Assembly: GCA_965218425.1 (NCBI GenBank)
Contig: OZ244621.1
Coordinates: forward strand, 64,001-128,000
From: an uncultured Candidatus Binatia bacterium
Lineage (GTDB): Bacteria > Desulfobacterota > Binatia > UBA9968 > CAXXLF01
Direction: 5' to 3'
DNA: 64,000 nt
Position 1 is the first letter of the stretch, and every line of letters starts with the position of its first letter. Shown here piece after piece: positions 1-10,636 of this stretch. The position numbers were made by a program, and so were the translations under genes. The notes beneath the pieces were generated by a model. The model was given only the letters and a program-made list of their open reading frames with translations, ran no database searches and had not been told where the DNA came from.

Positions 1-1
1 A

Positions 2-706
2 GCGCGTGAAGCGTACCTTGGCAGACCACCATATGAAAAACAACTTCGGATAAAAGGCATCGCCGAGATTCAGTACCCAAATCATTGGTTTGTCAATATG
101 ATCAGGGCTGAGACAGGACTGTCTTCCTTTGACGACCTGGTGAGGGAGCGTCCGGCGCTCAGCCTTTGCCTCCCCTCGCCCACCATGCTTGTCTCGTACC
201 CGGTGAAGGCCATATTCAGGCTCTTTGGCATGGATCCCTACACGGACATTCCAAAATGGGGTGGGGAGATTATTACCAATTTCAATACCGCACCTGAACT
301 CATTGCAACGGGGCGTGCCGATGGTCTGTTCCGGGAGAACAGCCCCACCCGCTACGATATCTCTCAGCAGGCTGAAATGAGATTCTTTCAACTGACTGAA
401 CAGCAGGTGCAACAGGTTGCGGATGAAATGGGCATGAAAACGGGCCTCATCGAGGCGAAGACCTATGAGCACCAGCACGAGAAAATCCGCACCCTCGACG
501 CAGAAGGATTTACCATTTTCGCACGCAGCGATCTACCGCCAGAGATGGGTTACCGTATCGCCAGGGCAATCGATCACCATACCGCAACCCATTACATCAG
601 CTCGTCTACTTTTTATTCACCGCGCTTTGCCGTTCATACCGGTGTGCCGCTGCTAGAAGGCGCGGCAAGATATTACCGCGAGTGCGGTTATCTCCCGACA
701 TCCTAG
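2..706 (+). CDS. TAXI-family (PBP type 2 fold) solute-binding-like protein, 5' truncated by window edge
   Basis: Frame open from nt 2 (AREAYLGRPPYEKQLRI...). C-terminus has TAXI-like IFARSDLP..GYRIARAI and VPLLEGAARYYRECG. Similar to the 16388-17373 product. Confidence 0.65.
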   Translation, partial: AREAYLGRPPYEKQLRIKGIAEIQYPNHWFVNMIRAETGLSSFDDLVRERPALSLCLPSPTMLVSYPVKAIFRLFGMDPYTDIPKWGGEIITNFNTAPELIATGRADGLFRENSPTRYDISQQAEMRFFQLTEQQVQQVADEMGMKTGLIEAKTYEHQHEKIRTLDAEGFTIFARSDLPPEMGYRIARAIDHHTATHYISSSTFYSPRFAVHTGVPLLEGAARYYRECGYLPTS

Positions 707-810
707 AATTTGTTTAAATACAGTCCTAATGTGTGCGACGAGAAAAGAAAACGGTCCCCATGAAAGCGCAATGTCTGTTGTTATGGGTAGACCGAAGGCG
801 GAATTCAGCG

Positions 811-2121
811 TTACTCTGCGCTACGTCTCCCCGGCGCCTCGCCTTTTGTGGGTTGCTGTCCCTCGCTGAGCTGAGCCTTTTTCCTAGTGGCATCCCTGGA
901 AAGCTCTAAAATCATCTTGCGAAAAATAGTGAGCTGGGAGTCCGTGGGGGCGAGGTGCTCCGGGGTCCAGAACCGGCAGGAGGCGGCTCCCCTGCCGTCT
1001 TGGCTGCTGAAATTGTATTCCAGTGGATTTCGAATTAGAGCGAAGTGCAGTTTTCTCCAAAGGCGGCTGATTCCGTTATGAGCCTGAGGGAAATAGAAAT
1101 AAATGATGCGCGACAGGTTGGGTCCCACGGGAACCGCGTACCTCGTAGTACCGCCACCCGTACGGACCACGCTGGGGAGGTGATGCCCCTGCCTCCATTC
1201 CTCGTATTTTTCGAAGGGGCTGCGATTTCCCGACCTCCTGAATCGTTTAAAAAACCATTGCCAGAGTAAACGCCATCGACGAAGTGGCCACACCCCGTCC
1301 ACGCCGGGGTAATACATCTGGTAGGGGACTTTACCGTCTTTAGCGTAATAGTTCGCTCCCGCGTGGGTAGTCACCAACCCCCTCCCATTAACGATTTGCC
1401 CCTGGGCGTTGACGGGGGTGCGAGTCCGGCCCGGAGATATTCCCGTCAACTGGTTGATGGAATTTCGATGAAGGTAGAGGGCATTGTGGGAGTCGCTATG
1501 GTTCTCGATGGCTAAAAGCCAATTGAGAGGCCAGTAGGTATAGGAGCTGAGCACAACTCTATTGTGTTCGAAAAACTCCGGTGGAATGTCCTCTTCCATG
1601 GGAGCCGGCTTGCCCTCCCCCATCCATATAAATACCCACCCATGCAGTGTCCGGGTTGTATAGGTCCGCGCCTTAAGGTTGCCCACCATCTTGGAATCCG
1701 GTCCCTCCGGAATGAAGGCAACACATTCTCCATGGCGGTCAAAGGTTGCCCCATGGTAGGGGCAGGAAAGAAAACCCCGATAAAAACAGGCCCCCTCGCT
1801 CAGGCTGGCGCCCCGGTGCGGGCAGATATCAGATAATGCCACCACCTCTCCCAGCTTATCCCTGAAGAGTACCAGGTCGTCTCCTAGCATCTTCCAATAA
1901 ACGGGTTTCTTAGCCACTTTCTTTGCGGGTAGCGCAGGATACCAGTACTCGCGCAATCCCAGGGGGGGAATGCCGCTGCGAGGGTCTTCACCCGGCTCGG
2001 CGGATTCGGACCTGGAGAAATGGGCTCTGGGCAAAGTCGGCGGTAAGGGTATACCCCTGGGCCTGTGTTCCAGGATCTCCCTCTCCGTTCTCCTTTCATA
2101 TCTCCTGATCCATGCACCCAT
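811..2121 (-). CDS. Rieske non-heme iron oxygenase alpha subunit
   Basis: Rieske motifs CPHRG...CPYHG; mononuclear Fe motif ENxxDxHxxxxxH and distal QD. Confidence 0.9.
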   Translation of the reverse strand: MGAWIRRYERRTEREILEHRPRGIPLPPTLPRAHFSRSESAEPGEDPRSGIPPLGLREYWYPALPAKKVAKKPVYWKMLGDDLVLFRDKLGEVVALSDICPHRGASLSEGACFYRGFLSCPYHGATFDRHGECVAFIPEGPDSKMVGNLKARTYTTRTLHGWVFIWMGEGKPAPMEEDIPPEFFEHNRVVLSSYTYWPLNWLLAIENHSDSHNALYLHRNSINQLTGISPGRTRTPVNAQGQIVNGRGLVTTHAGANYYAKDGKVPYQMYYPGVDGVWPLRRWRLLWQWFFKRFRRSGNRSPFEKYEEWRQGHHLPSVVRTGGGTTRYAVPVGPNLSRIIYFYFPQAHNGISRLWRKLHFALIRNPLEYNFSSQDGRGAASCRFWTPEHLAPTDSQLTIFRKMILELSRDATRKKAQLSEGQQPTKGEAPGRRSAE

Positions 2122-2160
2122 GGTTCGTTTCCCTTTGCCACAAGAATGAGCCCGGTACTG

Positions 2161-3324
2161 CTAGTTCAAGAAACGCTCATCATAGGGGATCCCCGGCCTC
2201 AACAGTTCGGGCCCTCTTTGGCCAATGACGATGATCTCTTCCAGCTTCACGGCCTGAGTCGCACCCACCTCGCCCATATAACATTCCACCGCGATGAGCT
2301 GATTGGGTTCCAAAAAGGCGTCCGCCTGGGCCTTCTTCTTGGTGATGTGCGGATAACCCGAAGATCCCAATCCCATGCCATGGCCGATATTGTAATTGTA
2401 TAGCTGCGCCCTGTACTTCTCCGGGACCTGCGGCGCTTTTTCCAACACCTCGGCAAAAGAGCGACCGCACTGAAAGACATCAACGGCTCCCAGTAAATAA
2501 TCGTAAGCGAGTTTATAGAGATCTCGCTGTTCGCTACTTGGCCGGTCACCCACGAAGAAGGTCCGCGACCCATCACCGCGCAAACCATTAAAACCACGCC
2601 CATGGAGATCTATACCCACGAACTCTCCTTCTTTGAGCCGACGCTCGGTGGGCCAGCGGCGCCACGGATTCATGTTCTCTCCCGAGCATACATTGAGCTG
2701 CGCGATATCCTCTCCTCCGGCTTCATACCAAGCGGTCACCACCTTTGCCGCCAGTTCGTTCTCGCTAATGCCCGGACGAATCGCCTTACGAAACGCGTTC
2801 ATGGTCTGGAAGTACTGTTCTCCAACGACACGATAGATGGCCAGCTCGTCCCGTGTCTTTACCGCCCCGGCGTGCTCAATCACGGGCTCTGCGTTGGCTA
2901 GACGGATTCCCGCCCCATGCAATGAGAGGATGAGGGAACTTGAAAGGCGGTCCACAGCCAGCACCTCCTTGGCCAGCCCGTACTTTTTCATAAGATCCAT
3001 GATGGCCAGGCCGAAACGCTTGACCTCGTCAGGGTTGGAGCCGTCACGTGCGGCATCTCGCCGATAGAGAGGTTCCTGTACGTTAGCATGGTGCCTCTTA
3101 ACGTATCCCACGTCCCGCCCCCGGATAAAGGCGAGCACCTCACCTTCCGCCGGCACAAAGAGCTCACCACCCGGCACCTTTTGATTGAGCAGATACCGTC
3201 CGGCTACGGTATTGTCGCACAGATACATGGCCCCGATGCCGCGCCGTTTCATCTGGGCCTGGGCTCGGACGAGACGGTCCCGCTTGAGTCGTTGGTCGTC
3301 CCACGTTCTAGTGACATCCATCAT
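2161..3324 (-). CDS. M24 (Xaa-Pro peptidase/pita-bread) family metalloenzyme
   Basis: Metal ligands appear intact: DLHG..GDGSRT, GHGMG, AVECY, VKLEE. AGGAG RBS before ATG at 3324. Confidence 0.85.
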   Translation of the reverse strand: MMDVTRTWDDQRLKRDRLVRAQAQMKRRGIGAMYLCDNTVAGRYLLNQKVPGGELFVPAEGEVLAFIRGRDVGYVKRHHANVQEPLYRRDAARDGSNPDEVKRFGLAIMDLMKKYGLAKEVLAVDRLSSSLILSLHGAGIRLANAEPVIEHAGAVKTRDELAIYRVVGEQYFQTMNAFRKAIRPGISENELAAKVVTAWYEAGGEDIAQLNVCSGENMNPWRRWPTERRLKEGEFVGIDLHGRGFNGLRGDGSRTFFVGDRPSSEQRDLYKLAYDYLLGAVDVFQCGRSFAEVLEKAPQVPEKYRAQLYNYNIGHGMGLGSSGYPHITKKKAQADAFLEPNQLIAVECYMGEVGATQAVKLEEIIVIGQRGPELLRPGIPYDERFLN

Positions 3325-3416
3325 TGACGTTGTTTCTCCTTGTTGTGTCGAAATGGGGTGTCGGACCATGTGTGCTTTGCATGGACTTCAAGGGATGTGA
3401 AGTGAGACCTGCGGAA

Positions 3417-3845
3417 TCAAGCCACCGGATCATTTAGACCCTCCAGGGCCTGGGCCACCCAAAATTGCAGGTCTTCCGGAGACGGTCCAGCAACTCCAAC
3501 GCCGCCAATCAACTTCCCTTTGACAATCAAAGGGATGCCCCCCGGCCCCACCCAGAACTCGCCCGGATACATAGCCGACAGGCCGATGATGTTGTAGTTG
3601 CCGGGATGGCCAGCGAATTGATCGCGTACGGACTGGGTGTTCTTTTTAAATGCCACTGCAGTCTTAGCCTTGGCAACCGCGACTTTTTCACCGAACCCGA
3701 CCCTTTTCTCTCCTGTACGGGCGTAGGCCACAAGACTCCCCGCATCGTCAACCACGGCAATGGAAACATCCACCCCCGCCTCTTTAGCCTTGAGCTTGAT
3801 CTTGCCGATACATTCTTCCGCGAAGGTTAAGGTCATTTTTGCCAT
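3417..3845 (-). CDS. GlcG/HbpS family heme-binding protein
   Basis: VSIAVVDDAG..., AKAKTA, GGIPLIVKGKLIGGVGVAG. Confidence 0.85.
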   Translation of the reverse strand: MAKMTLTFAEECIGKIKLKAKEAGVDVSIAVVDDAGSLVAYARTGEKRVGFGEKVAVAKAKTAVAFKKNTQSVRDQFAGHPGNYNIIGLSAMYPGEFWVGPGGIPLIVKGKLIGGVGVAGPSPEDLQFWVAQALEGLNDPVA

Positions 3846-3942
3846 GGAAGCGCTCCATTGCCCATCAACGCAACAGTCTGCGGTGTTTCGAGGAGGTTAC
3901 TCTATTAAAATGACCGGGTTATTTCAAGGCGCAGGTACGCGC

Positions 3943-4404
3943 CTAGATGGATTGAAATCGTTCTACACCGGCGCATATGTTGAAGCTGCTACCCCGCACG
4001 AATCCCAAGAGGATCATGTTGAAGTTGTTGGCTAGGTCCACCGCCAGGTTTGAAGGAGCGCTCACCGCTGCAACAACAGGGATACTTCCCATGAGGGCCT
4101 TTTGCATGATCTCAAAACTAGCCCTGCCGCTCACCATCAGTATAGAGTCGTGGAGGGGCAGTCTATTCTTGGTCAGTTGTTCCCCAATCACCTTGTCCAC
4201 GGCATTGTGCCTTCCCACGTCCTCGTAGAGAGTGATCAGGTTCCCGAATCCATCAAAGAGACCTGCTGCATGCAGGCCACCGGTTTGCTGAAATACCTCT
4301 TATGCGGGCTGGAGTCGTTCTGCCGCCAGTTTAGCAGTGGCACCGCACCCGAACCCTATTTCGGAAACCCTGAGACCGGTTCTTCCAAGCCTCCGATACT
4401 CCAC
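3943..4404 (-). pseudogene. fdhD: Chimeric pseudogene: aldo/keto reductase N-terminus fused in frame to FdhD C-terminal half, with internal TAA
   Basis: From GTG 4404 (GGAGG RBS): MEYRRLGRTGLRVSEIGFGCG (AKR start)...ERLQPA*(TAA 4300-4302)EVFQQTGGLHAAGLF..EDVGRHNAVDKVIG..SGRASFEIMQKA (FdhD). Confidence 0.85.
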
Positions 4405-4487
4405 GATGGTTAACCTCCGAACATCGATGATGAATTCAGTCCTTGGGAGATGGTTATCTTAACTGTGTTATTTTCCTGGGATCAGGA

Positions 4488-5606
<1,119 letters not shown>

Positions 5607-5615
5607 TTAACTCCA

Positions 5616-6095
5616 TTAAACATCCAGTTCCACAATTTCAGGATCCATGGATTGGCCGTTGATCTGGAGCCGGGCAACGGCAACTGGAAGCTTGAACCGT
5701 CGTGGCCCGGCGCTACCCGGATTGAGAAACATGACTCCGTTGTGATGGGTAATCCAGGGTTGATGGGAGTGGCCACTGATTACGACACCAAACCTCGACT
5801 TTGCCGGGTCCAGGTCCAGCCTCTTGAGATCGTGGAGAACGTAGATGAGCATCCGGTCTAATTCAACGACTTCCGTTTGCTGAAAATCCCGCGCCCAATC
5901 ACCCTGATCGACGTTCCCCCGAATAGCCACCACAGGAGCAATGGATTGTAGTGTTTCGATTACCTCTCGTTTGCCGATGTCCCCGGCATGAATGACCAAC
6001 TCCGCACCTTTCAGTGCCAGGAGAGCTTCAGGTCTTACCAGTCCATGGGTATCCGAGATCACTCCTATAAAGCGTTTTCCCATTTTTATAACCAT
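5616..6095 (-). CDS. YfcE-family metallophosphoesterase
   Basis: SDTH, HAGD, GNVD, GHSH, NPGS motifs. Confidence 0.9.
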   Translation of the reverse strand: MVIKMGKRFIGVISDTHGLVRPEALLALKGAELVIHAGDIGKREVIETLQSIAPVVAIRGNVDQGDWARDFQQTEVVELDRMLIYVLHDLKRLDLDPAKSRFGVVISGHSHQPWITHHNGVMFLNPGSAGPRRFKLPVAVARLQINGQSMDPEIVELDV

Positions 6096-6141
6096 TAGTG
6101 GGTAGGCCTAACCCACCTGGGCATATCATTAGCTGGAGTGG

Positions 6142-7380
6142 TCAATCGTTGAGCATCTCAAGATGCTGTCTGAGGGCGTTTAGATTCGGCGCTATGGGCT
6201 TGATCTCCTCTTTGGGGTCCATGACAGCGGACGGTTGCTTGAGACCATGACCGGTGATGTTGCAAATGACCGTATCATTCTGACCTATGGTTCCCTCTTG
6301 CCGCAGTCGCCGTGCTGCGGCCAACGAAATAGCCCCTGCGGGCTCCGCAAAAACGCCGGCAAAACGTCCCAAAAGTAACTGCGCTTCCAGGATTTCTTCG
6401 TCGCTGAAAGAAACGGCCGTTCCTTTGGATGCTCGAATAGCGTTCAGGGCACGCCACCCCATAGCACTGGGATTACCCACCTTGATGCTCTCCGCCACGG
6501 TCTCCCCAACTGTAACCGGCTCGGTTTTCGTTTCGCCCTTTTCAAATGCGAGTGTGATGGGGGCGGCAGCCTGGCTTTGTGCAGCAACGAGTCTCGGCAA
6601 CCGATGGGCCCAACCGAGTCCGTTGAGCTCCTGATAGCCCTTCCAAATGGCATAGAGTCCCGTTCCTCCCGCGCTTGGATGGATGATCCAATGGGGGACA
6701 TGTTCGTCCATCTGATCAAAAAGCTCATAGGCATAGGATTTTTTACCCTCGTTGCGATAGGGGTTGGAGGATAAACAGTCATACCAGCCGAAGCATTCGA
6801 TGGCGGCGCTGTAAAGATTTGCCCCATCATTGTCCAGGTCCCCGTCCAGGGAAACCACGGTGGCACCATAGGCCCGCGCCTGGGTGATCTTAGCCGTGGA
6901 TATGCCGTGGGGAACCATCACCACACAGTTCAGACCAGCGGCGGCGGCATAGGCCGCAACCGATGCGGCCGCATTTCCTGTGGAGATGGCCACTGCGGTC
7001 TCGAAGCCAAGCTCCTTTGCTTTTGAGAGGCCTACAGCATTGCTCCGGTCCTTGAGGGAGCCCGTGGGTAGGACCGTATCGTTCTTTAGATAAAGGCGGC
7101 TCAATCCCAATTCTTGGGAAAGGCGCTTCGGTTTCAGCAGAGGCGTGTAGCCTTCCCCTAGAGAGACAATGCGCGTACGGCTCTGAATGGGAAAAAAATC
7201 GAACCAGCGCCATAGGGTATGGTCCGTAGACTTGCGAATTTCTGTCAGGTGAGATCGAGTCAGATGGGATAAATCTACCATTACTTCGAGAACGGAGGAA
7301 CAGGAGGGGCACTGGAAGGTGGTTTTCGATTTCGACTCTTCACCGCATTTCGGGCACTTTATCGTTTTAACTAGCCCCAT
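6142..7380 (-). CDS. thrC: Threonine synthase (fold-type II PLP enzyme with N-terminal Zn ribbon)
   Basis: SLGEGYTPL, PTGSLKDR (PLP Lys), STGNAAAS, EGKKS, FAEPAGA, TGHGLK. Confidence 0.8.
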   Translation of the reverse strand: MGLVKTIKCPKCGEESKSKTTFQCPSCSSVLEVMVDLSHLTRSHLTEIRKSTDHTLWRWFDFFPIQSRTRIVSLGEGYTPLLKPKRLSQELGLSRLYLKNDTVLPTGSLKDRSNAVGLSKAKELGFETAVAISTGNAAASVAAYAAAAGLNCVVMVPHGISTAKITQARAYGATVVSLDGDLDNDGANLYSAAIECFGWYDCLSSNPYRNEGKKSYAYELFDQMDEHVPHWIIHPSAGGTGLYAIWKGYQELNGLGWAHRLPRLVAAQSQAAAPITLAFEKGETKTEPVTVGETVAESIKVGNPSAMGWRALNAIRASKGTAVSFSDEEILEAQLLLGRFAGVFAEPAGAISLAAARRLRQEGTIGQNDTVICNITGHGLKQPSAVMDPKEEIKPIAPNLNALRQHLEMLND

Positions 7381-7416
7381 GGTTCCCTTCCTTTGTCTCA
7401 GTCCACAGTTAAAAAT

Positions 7417-10323
7417 CTAAAATCGTCCCGGTTCTTGTTGCGCTAAGCTGTCCCAAAAGAGTTCCACTGGATGTCTGGCCTTGCGACCCGTTAATTGATG
7501 GATTTGCTGGCGACAGGAGATCCCAGACGTCACGATCTCCGTTTCATTCCCCGCAGCCCGTACAGATGGCGCGAGCCGACGGTTGCCCATGGCAAGGGAT
7601 AATTCGTAGTGCTCCTTTTCATAACCGAAGGAGCCTGCCATGCCGCAGCAGCCTGAGTCCACTTCCTGGACATCATATCCAGCCCAGCTGAGCATAGCAA
7701 CCGTTTGTCGTGTACCTACCAATGCCTTTTGATGGCAGTGACCGTGGAGGAGGGCCTTGCGGTTGTTCTTCCGAAATTCAAAGGACAGTCGACCCGCCTC
7801 CTGTTCGCGCAGGAGAAACTCTTCAAAGAGAAAGCTTTGACTTGCCACCTTCGTGGCGGCGTCACTGCGAAGTAAATCCGGATACTCATCCCGTAGGGTG
7901 AGCAAGCAGGAAGGCTCCAATCCCACGATGGGAACTCCCCTTTTTGCGTAACCTACGAGCCGCTCCACATTAATCCTTGCGTTTCTCTTGGCCTCATCGA
8001 GCATCCCCTTGGAAATGAGGGGCCGCCCGCAGCACTCCTTTTGGGGCAGCACCACCCGGTAGCCACCCCGCTCTAGGATTCGTATGGCATCCATGGCCAC
8101 AGAAGGGGTATTGTACGTATTAAAGGTGTCATGAAAGAGGACCACCTCCCCCTTTGAGCCGTCTCCCACAGGAAACCTCCTGTGGAACCAGTCGGTCAGG
8201 CTTTCATTTGCGAAGGGTGGCAAGGGACGTCTACGGTCAATTCCCATCAAGCGGTCCAGCAACCAACGGTGGACACGAGAATTGAGCAGCCGGTTTGAGA
8301 TCGGCGCAAGACGGGCTCCCCAACGGTTGACCGTTTCGACCCTGCCGAACAACCGGTTACGCAGAGGCAGGCCATGGGCCTTATAGTGGTGGGATAAGAC
8401 CTCATATTTCACCTTGGCCATATCCACGTTCGAGGGGCATTCCGCCTTGCATGCCTTGCACTCCAGGCAAAGATCCAGGATTTCATTGAGACGTTTTCCC
8501 GCAAATTCTTCCTTAGGGAGCTTCCCTGCAAGCACGGCCCGAAGCGCATTAGCTCGTCCTCTGGTGGAATGCTCCTCATCTAAGGTTGCCATATAAGAGG
8601 GGCACATGGTCCCAGCCAGCTTCTTCCGGCACACACCCATGCCACTACACATCTCTATTGCCGCTGCAAAACCGCCCTGCTCACTGAAGTCGAGGGTTGT
8701 TTCCGGTTCCCAAATTTCCGTAGAAGGGCTCAGCCGAAGCGACTCCGACATTGGCGGGGCATCAACGATCTTTCCCGGGTTCATCAAACCCTTGGGATCA
8801 AATGCCCTTTTAATTCTACGGAATGCCTGATAGAGGTCAGGACCAAAGAGTTTTTCGTTGAAGTGGCTGCGCGCCAGGCCGTCGCCGTGCTCACCGGAAA
8901 GGGCCCCACCCGACGCCAGCACCAGATCCGAAATTTCACTGGCGATCTTGGTCATCTTAGCAATCTCACCCGGCTCCTTGAGATTGATGAAGGGACGGAT
9001 GTGAAGACACCCGACCGAGCAGTGACCGTAATAGCCGGCATTTACATCGTGGCTTTTGAGAATATCTCGAAATCCCTTCACAAAATCCGGCAGCTTGGCA
9101 GGGTCAACGGCCGTGTCCTCCACAAAAGCAATGGGCTTTCTCTCCCCCTTCATTCCCAGCAAAAGGCCCAGACCGTCTTTACGTAGCCCCCAGATCCTCT
9201 GAACTTCCTCGGGTTCGAAGGCCTGAATAGAATCGTAACCCATACCCTGATGCCTTCGGAGAGTTTCCAGTTTTTCGATTTTCCCCTGTACTTCTCGCTC
9301 CGTGGACCCGTCATACTCCACAATCAGAATCGCATTGGGGTCTCCTTGAATGAATCCCATCCGCTTGGACTGAACCAGATTTCTTCTGGCTAAATCGAGA
9401 ATCTGCCGGTCCAGTAGCTCAACGGCATAGGGTCCCGTCTCCACGACGGCGGGAGAAGCCTCCAGGGCTTCCCAAACCTCTCTGAAGTGAATGACATCCA
9501 AGGCCACGTGTTTGGGTTTACGGACGAGCCTTAACTTGGCTTCCACGACACATGTCAGCGTTCCCTCGGAGCCCACTACCAGACGTGAAAGGTTAAGGGG
9601 CTGAGGTTTCACGAATTCGTCCAGGTTATAACCAGACACTCGGCGCAAGATCTTAGGATAACGGGCAAGAATTTCCTCCCGATGACCATCGACGATGTCT
9701 GCCAGTTCCCTGTAGATATGGCCTTCCGAGGTCTGGGATTGGCACTTGAGCGCCAAATCTTCAAGGGATAGCTCCTTCGTGACCAACTCCCTGCCGTCTG
9801 GCAGATAGGCAACGAGTTCCAATACGTGGTCCAGGGTCTTTCCGTAGGCAATGGAGTGCATGCCAGCGGAGTTGTTGCCGGTCATGCCACCGATAGTGGC
9901 ACGGTTGGAGGTTGAGGTGTCAGGGCCAAATAGGAGACCCATGGGCCTGACATAAGCATTTAACTCATCCTGAACCAGTCCCGGTTGAACCTTGCACCAA
10001 AGCTCGTCCGGGCTGACCTCCAGCACACGGTTCATATATTTGGAGAAATCAAGGACGATGGCATGCCCCACCGTTTGCCCGGCCAGAGAGGTCCCGCCCC
10101 CTCGCGGGAGGATGGGAACGCTGAATTTGTTTGCCACCTCGATAACGGCCTGAACATCGCCCTTGTCTCGCGGCAAAACCACGCCTATGGGCTCGATCTC
10201 ATACATGGAGGCGTCCGTGGCGTACAGCAGTCGGGAAATACGGTCAAAACGTACCTCTCCGTCTACTCGCTTGTGCAGTTCCAGGGCAATTTCCCGGTTG
10301 CCGTCTTTCCTGTTCGAATCCAT
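7417..10323 (-). CDS. FAD-binding and Fe-S/CCG-domain oxidoreductase (YdiJ / GlcD-GlcF fusion type)
   Basis: PRGGGTSLAGQ, GEHGDG, CSGMGVC..MCPSY, CLECKACKAECP, CCG motifs. Confidence 0.9.
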   Translation of the reverse strand: MDSNRKDGNREIALELHKRVDGEVRFDRISRLLYATDASMYEIEPIGVVLPRDKGDVQAVIEVANKFSVPILPRGGGTSLAGQTVGHAIVLDFSKYMNRVLEVSPDELWCKVQPGLVQDELNAYVRPMGLLFGPDTSTSNRATIGGMTGNNSAGMHSIAYGKTLDHVLELVAYLPDGRELVTKELSLEDLALKCQSQTSEGHIYRELADIVDGHREEILARYPKILRRVSGYNLDEFVKPQPLNLSRLVVGSEGTLTCVVEAKLRLVRKPKHVALDVIHFREVWEALEASPAVVETGPYAVELLDRQILDLARRNLVQSKRMGFIQGDPNAILIVEYDGSTEREVQGKIEKLETLRRHQGMGYDSIQAFEPEEVQRIWGLRKDGLGLLLGMKGERKPIAFVEDTAVDPAKLPDFVKGFRDILKSHDVNAGYYGHCSVGCLHIRPFINLKEPGEIAKMTKIASEISDLVLASGGALSGEHGDGLARSHFNEKLFGPDLYQAFRRIKRAFDPKGLMNPGKIVDAPPMSESLRLSPSTEIWEPETTLDFSEQGGFAAAIEMCSGMGVCRKKLAGTMCPSYMATLDEEHSTRGRANALRAVLAGKLPKEEFAGKRLNEILDLCLECKACKAECPSNVDMAKVKYEVLSHHYKAHGLPLRNRLFGRVETVNRWGARLAPISNRLLNSRVHRWLLDRLMGIDRRRPLPPFANESLTDWFHRRFPVGDGSKGEVVLFHDTFNTYNTPSVAMDAIRILERGGYRVVLPQKECCGRPLISKGMLDEAKRNARINVERLVGYAKRGVPIVGLEPSCLLTLRDEYPDLLRSDAATKVASQSFLFEEFLLREQEAGRLSFEFRKNNRKALLHGHCHQKALVGTRQTVAMLSWAGYDVQEVDSGCCGMAGSFGYEKEHYELSLAMGNRRLAPSVRAAGNETEIVTSGISCRQQIHQLTGRKARHPVELFWDSLAQQEPGRF
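10183..10323. repeat. Copy 1 of ~140 bp direct repeat (5' end of YdiJ-like gene)
   Basis: 10183-10265 matches 22186-22268 at 80/83 nt by hand alignment; weaker similarity continues to the start codon. Confidence 0.9.
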
Positions 10324-10636
10324 GTTTAGCGCTTTTATATCATGCCCTACGGCAAATAGTTAAGTGAGTTTCCACAAGATTCTTTTCTTTGAAGTCCTTA
10401 AATCTTTCCTGTAGGTTCAGGTAACCAAGTTTAACTTTCAACGTCCAAATTGCTGGGAACCTGACCCCAAGTTGAAAAATAGTCGAAGTAGTGGCGACTA
10501 TGGCCACTATGGGCTGGCTGCTGCTTGACAGTAAAGAGGGAATATGCTAACAGCCCGCTAGTGTGGAGCCATGGGCCTCGATGCTCGGATAAGAACTTAT
10601 GAATAAATAGAACTTGTTAATAATAAGGAGGCATCT

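Noticed and set aside
10525..10553. TTGACA upstream of the ABC operon as a sigma70 promoter
   Set aside because: No well-spaced -10 hexamer; not enough support.
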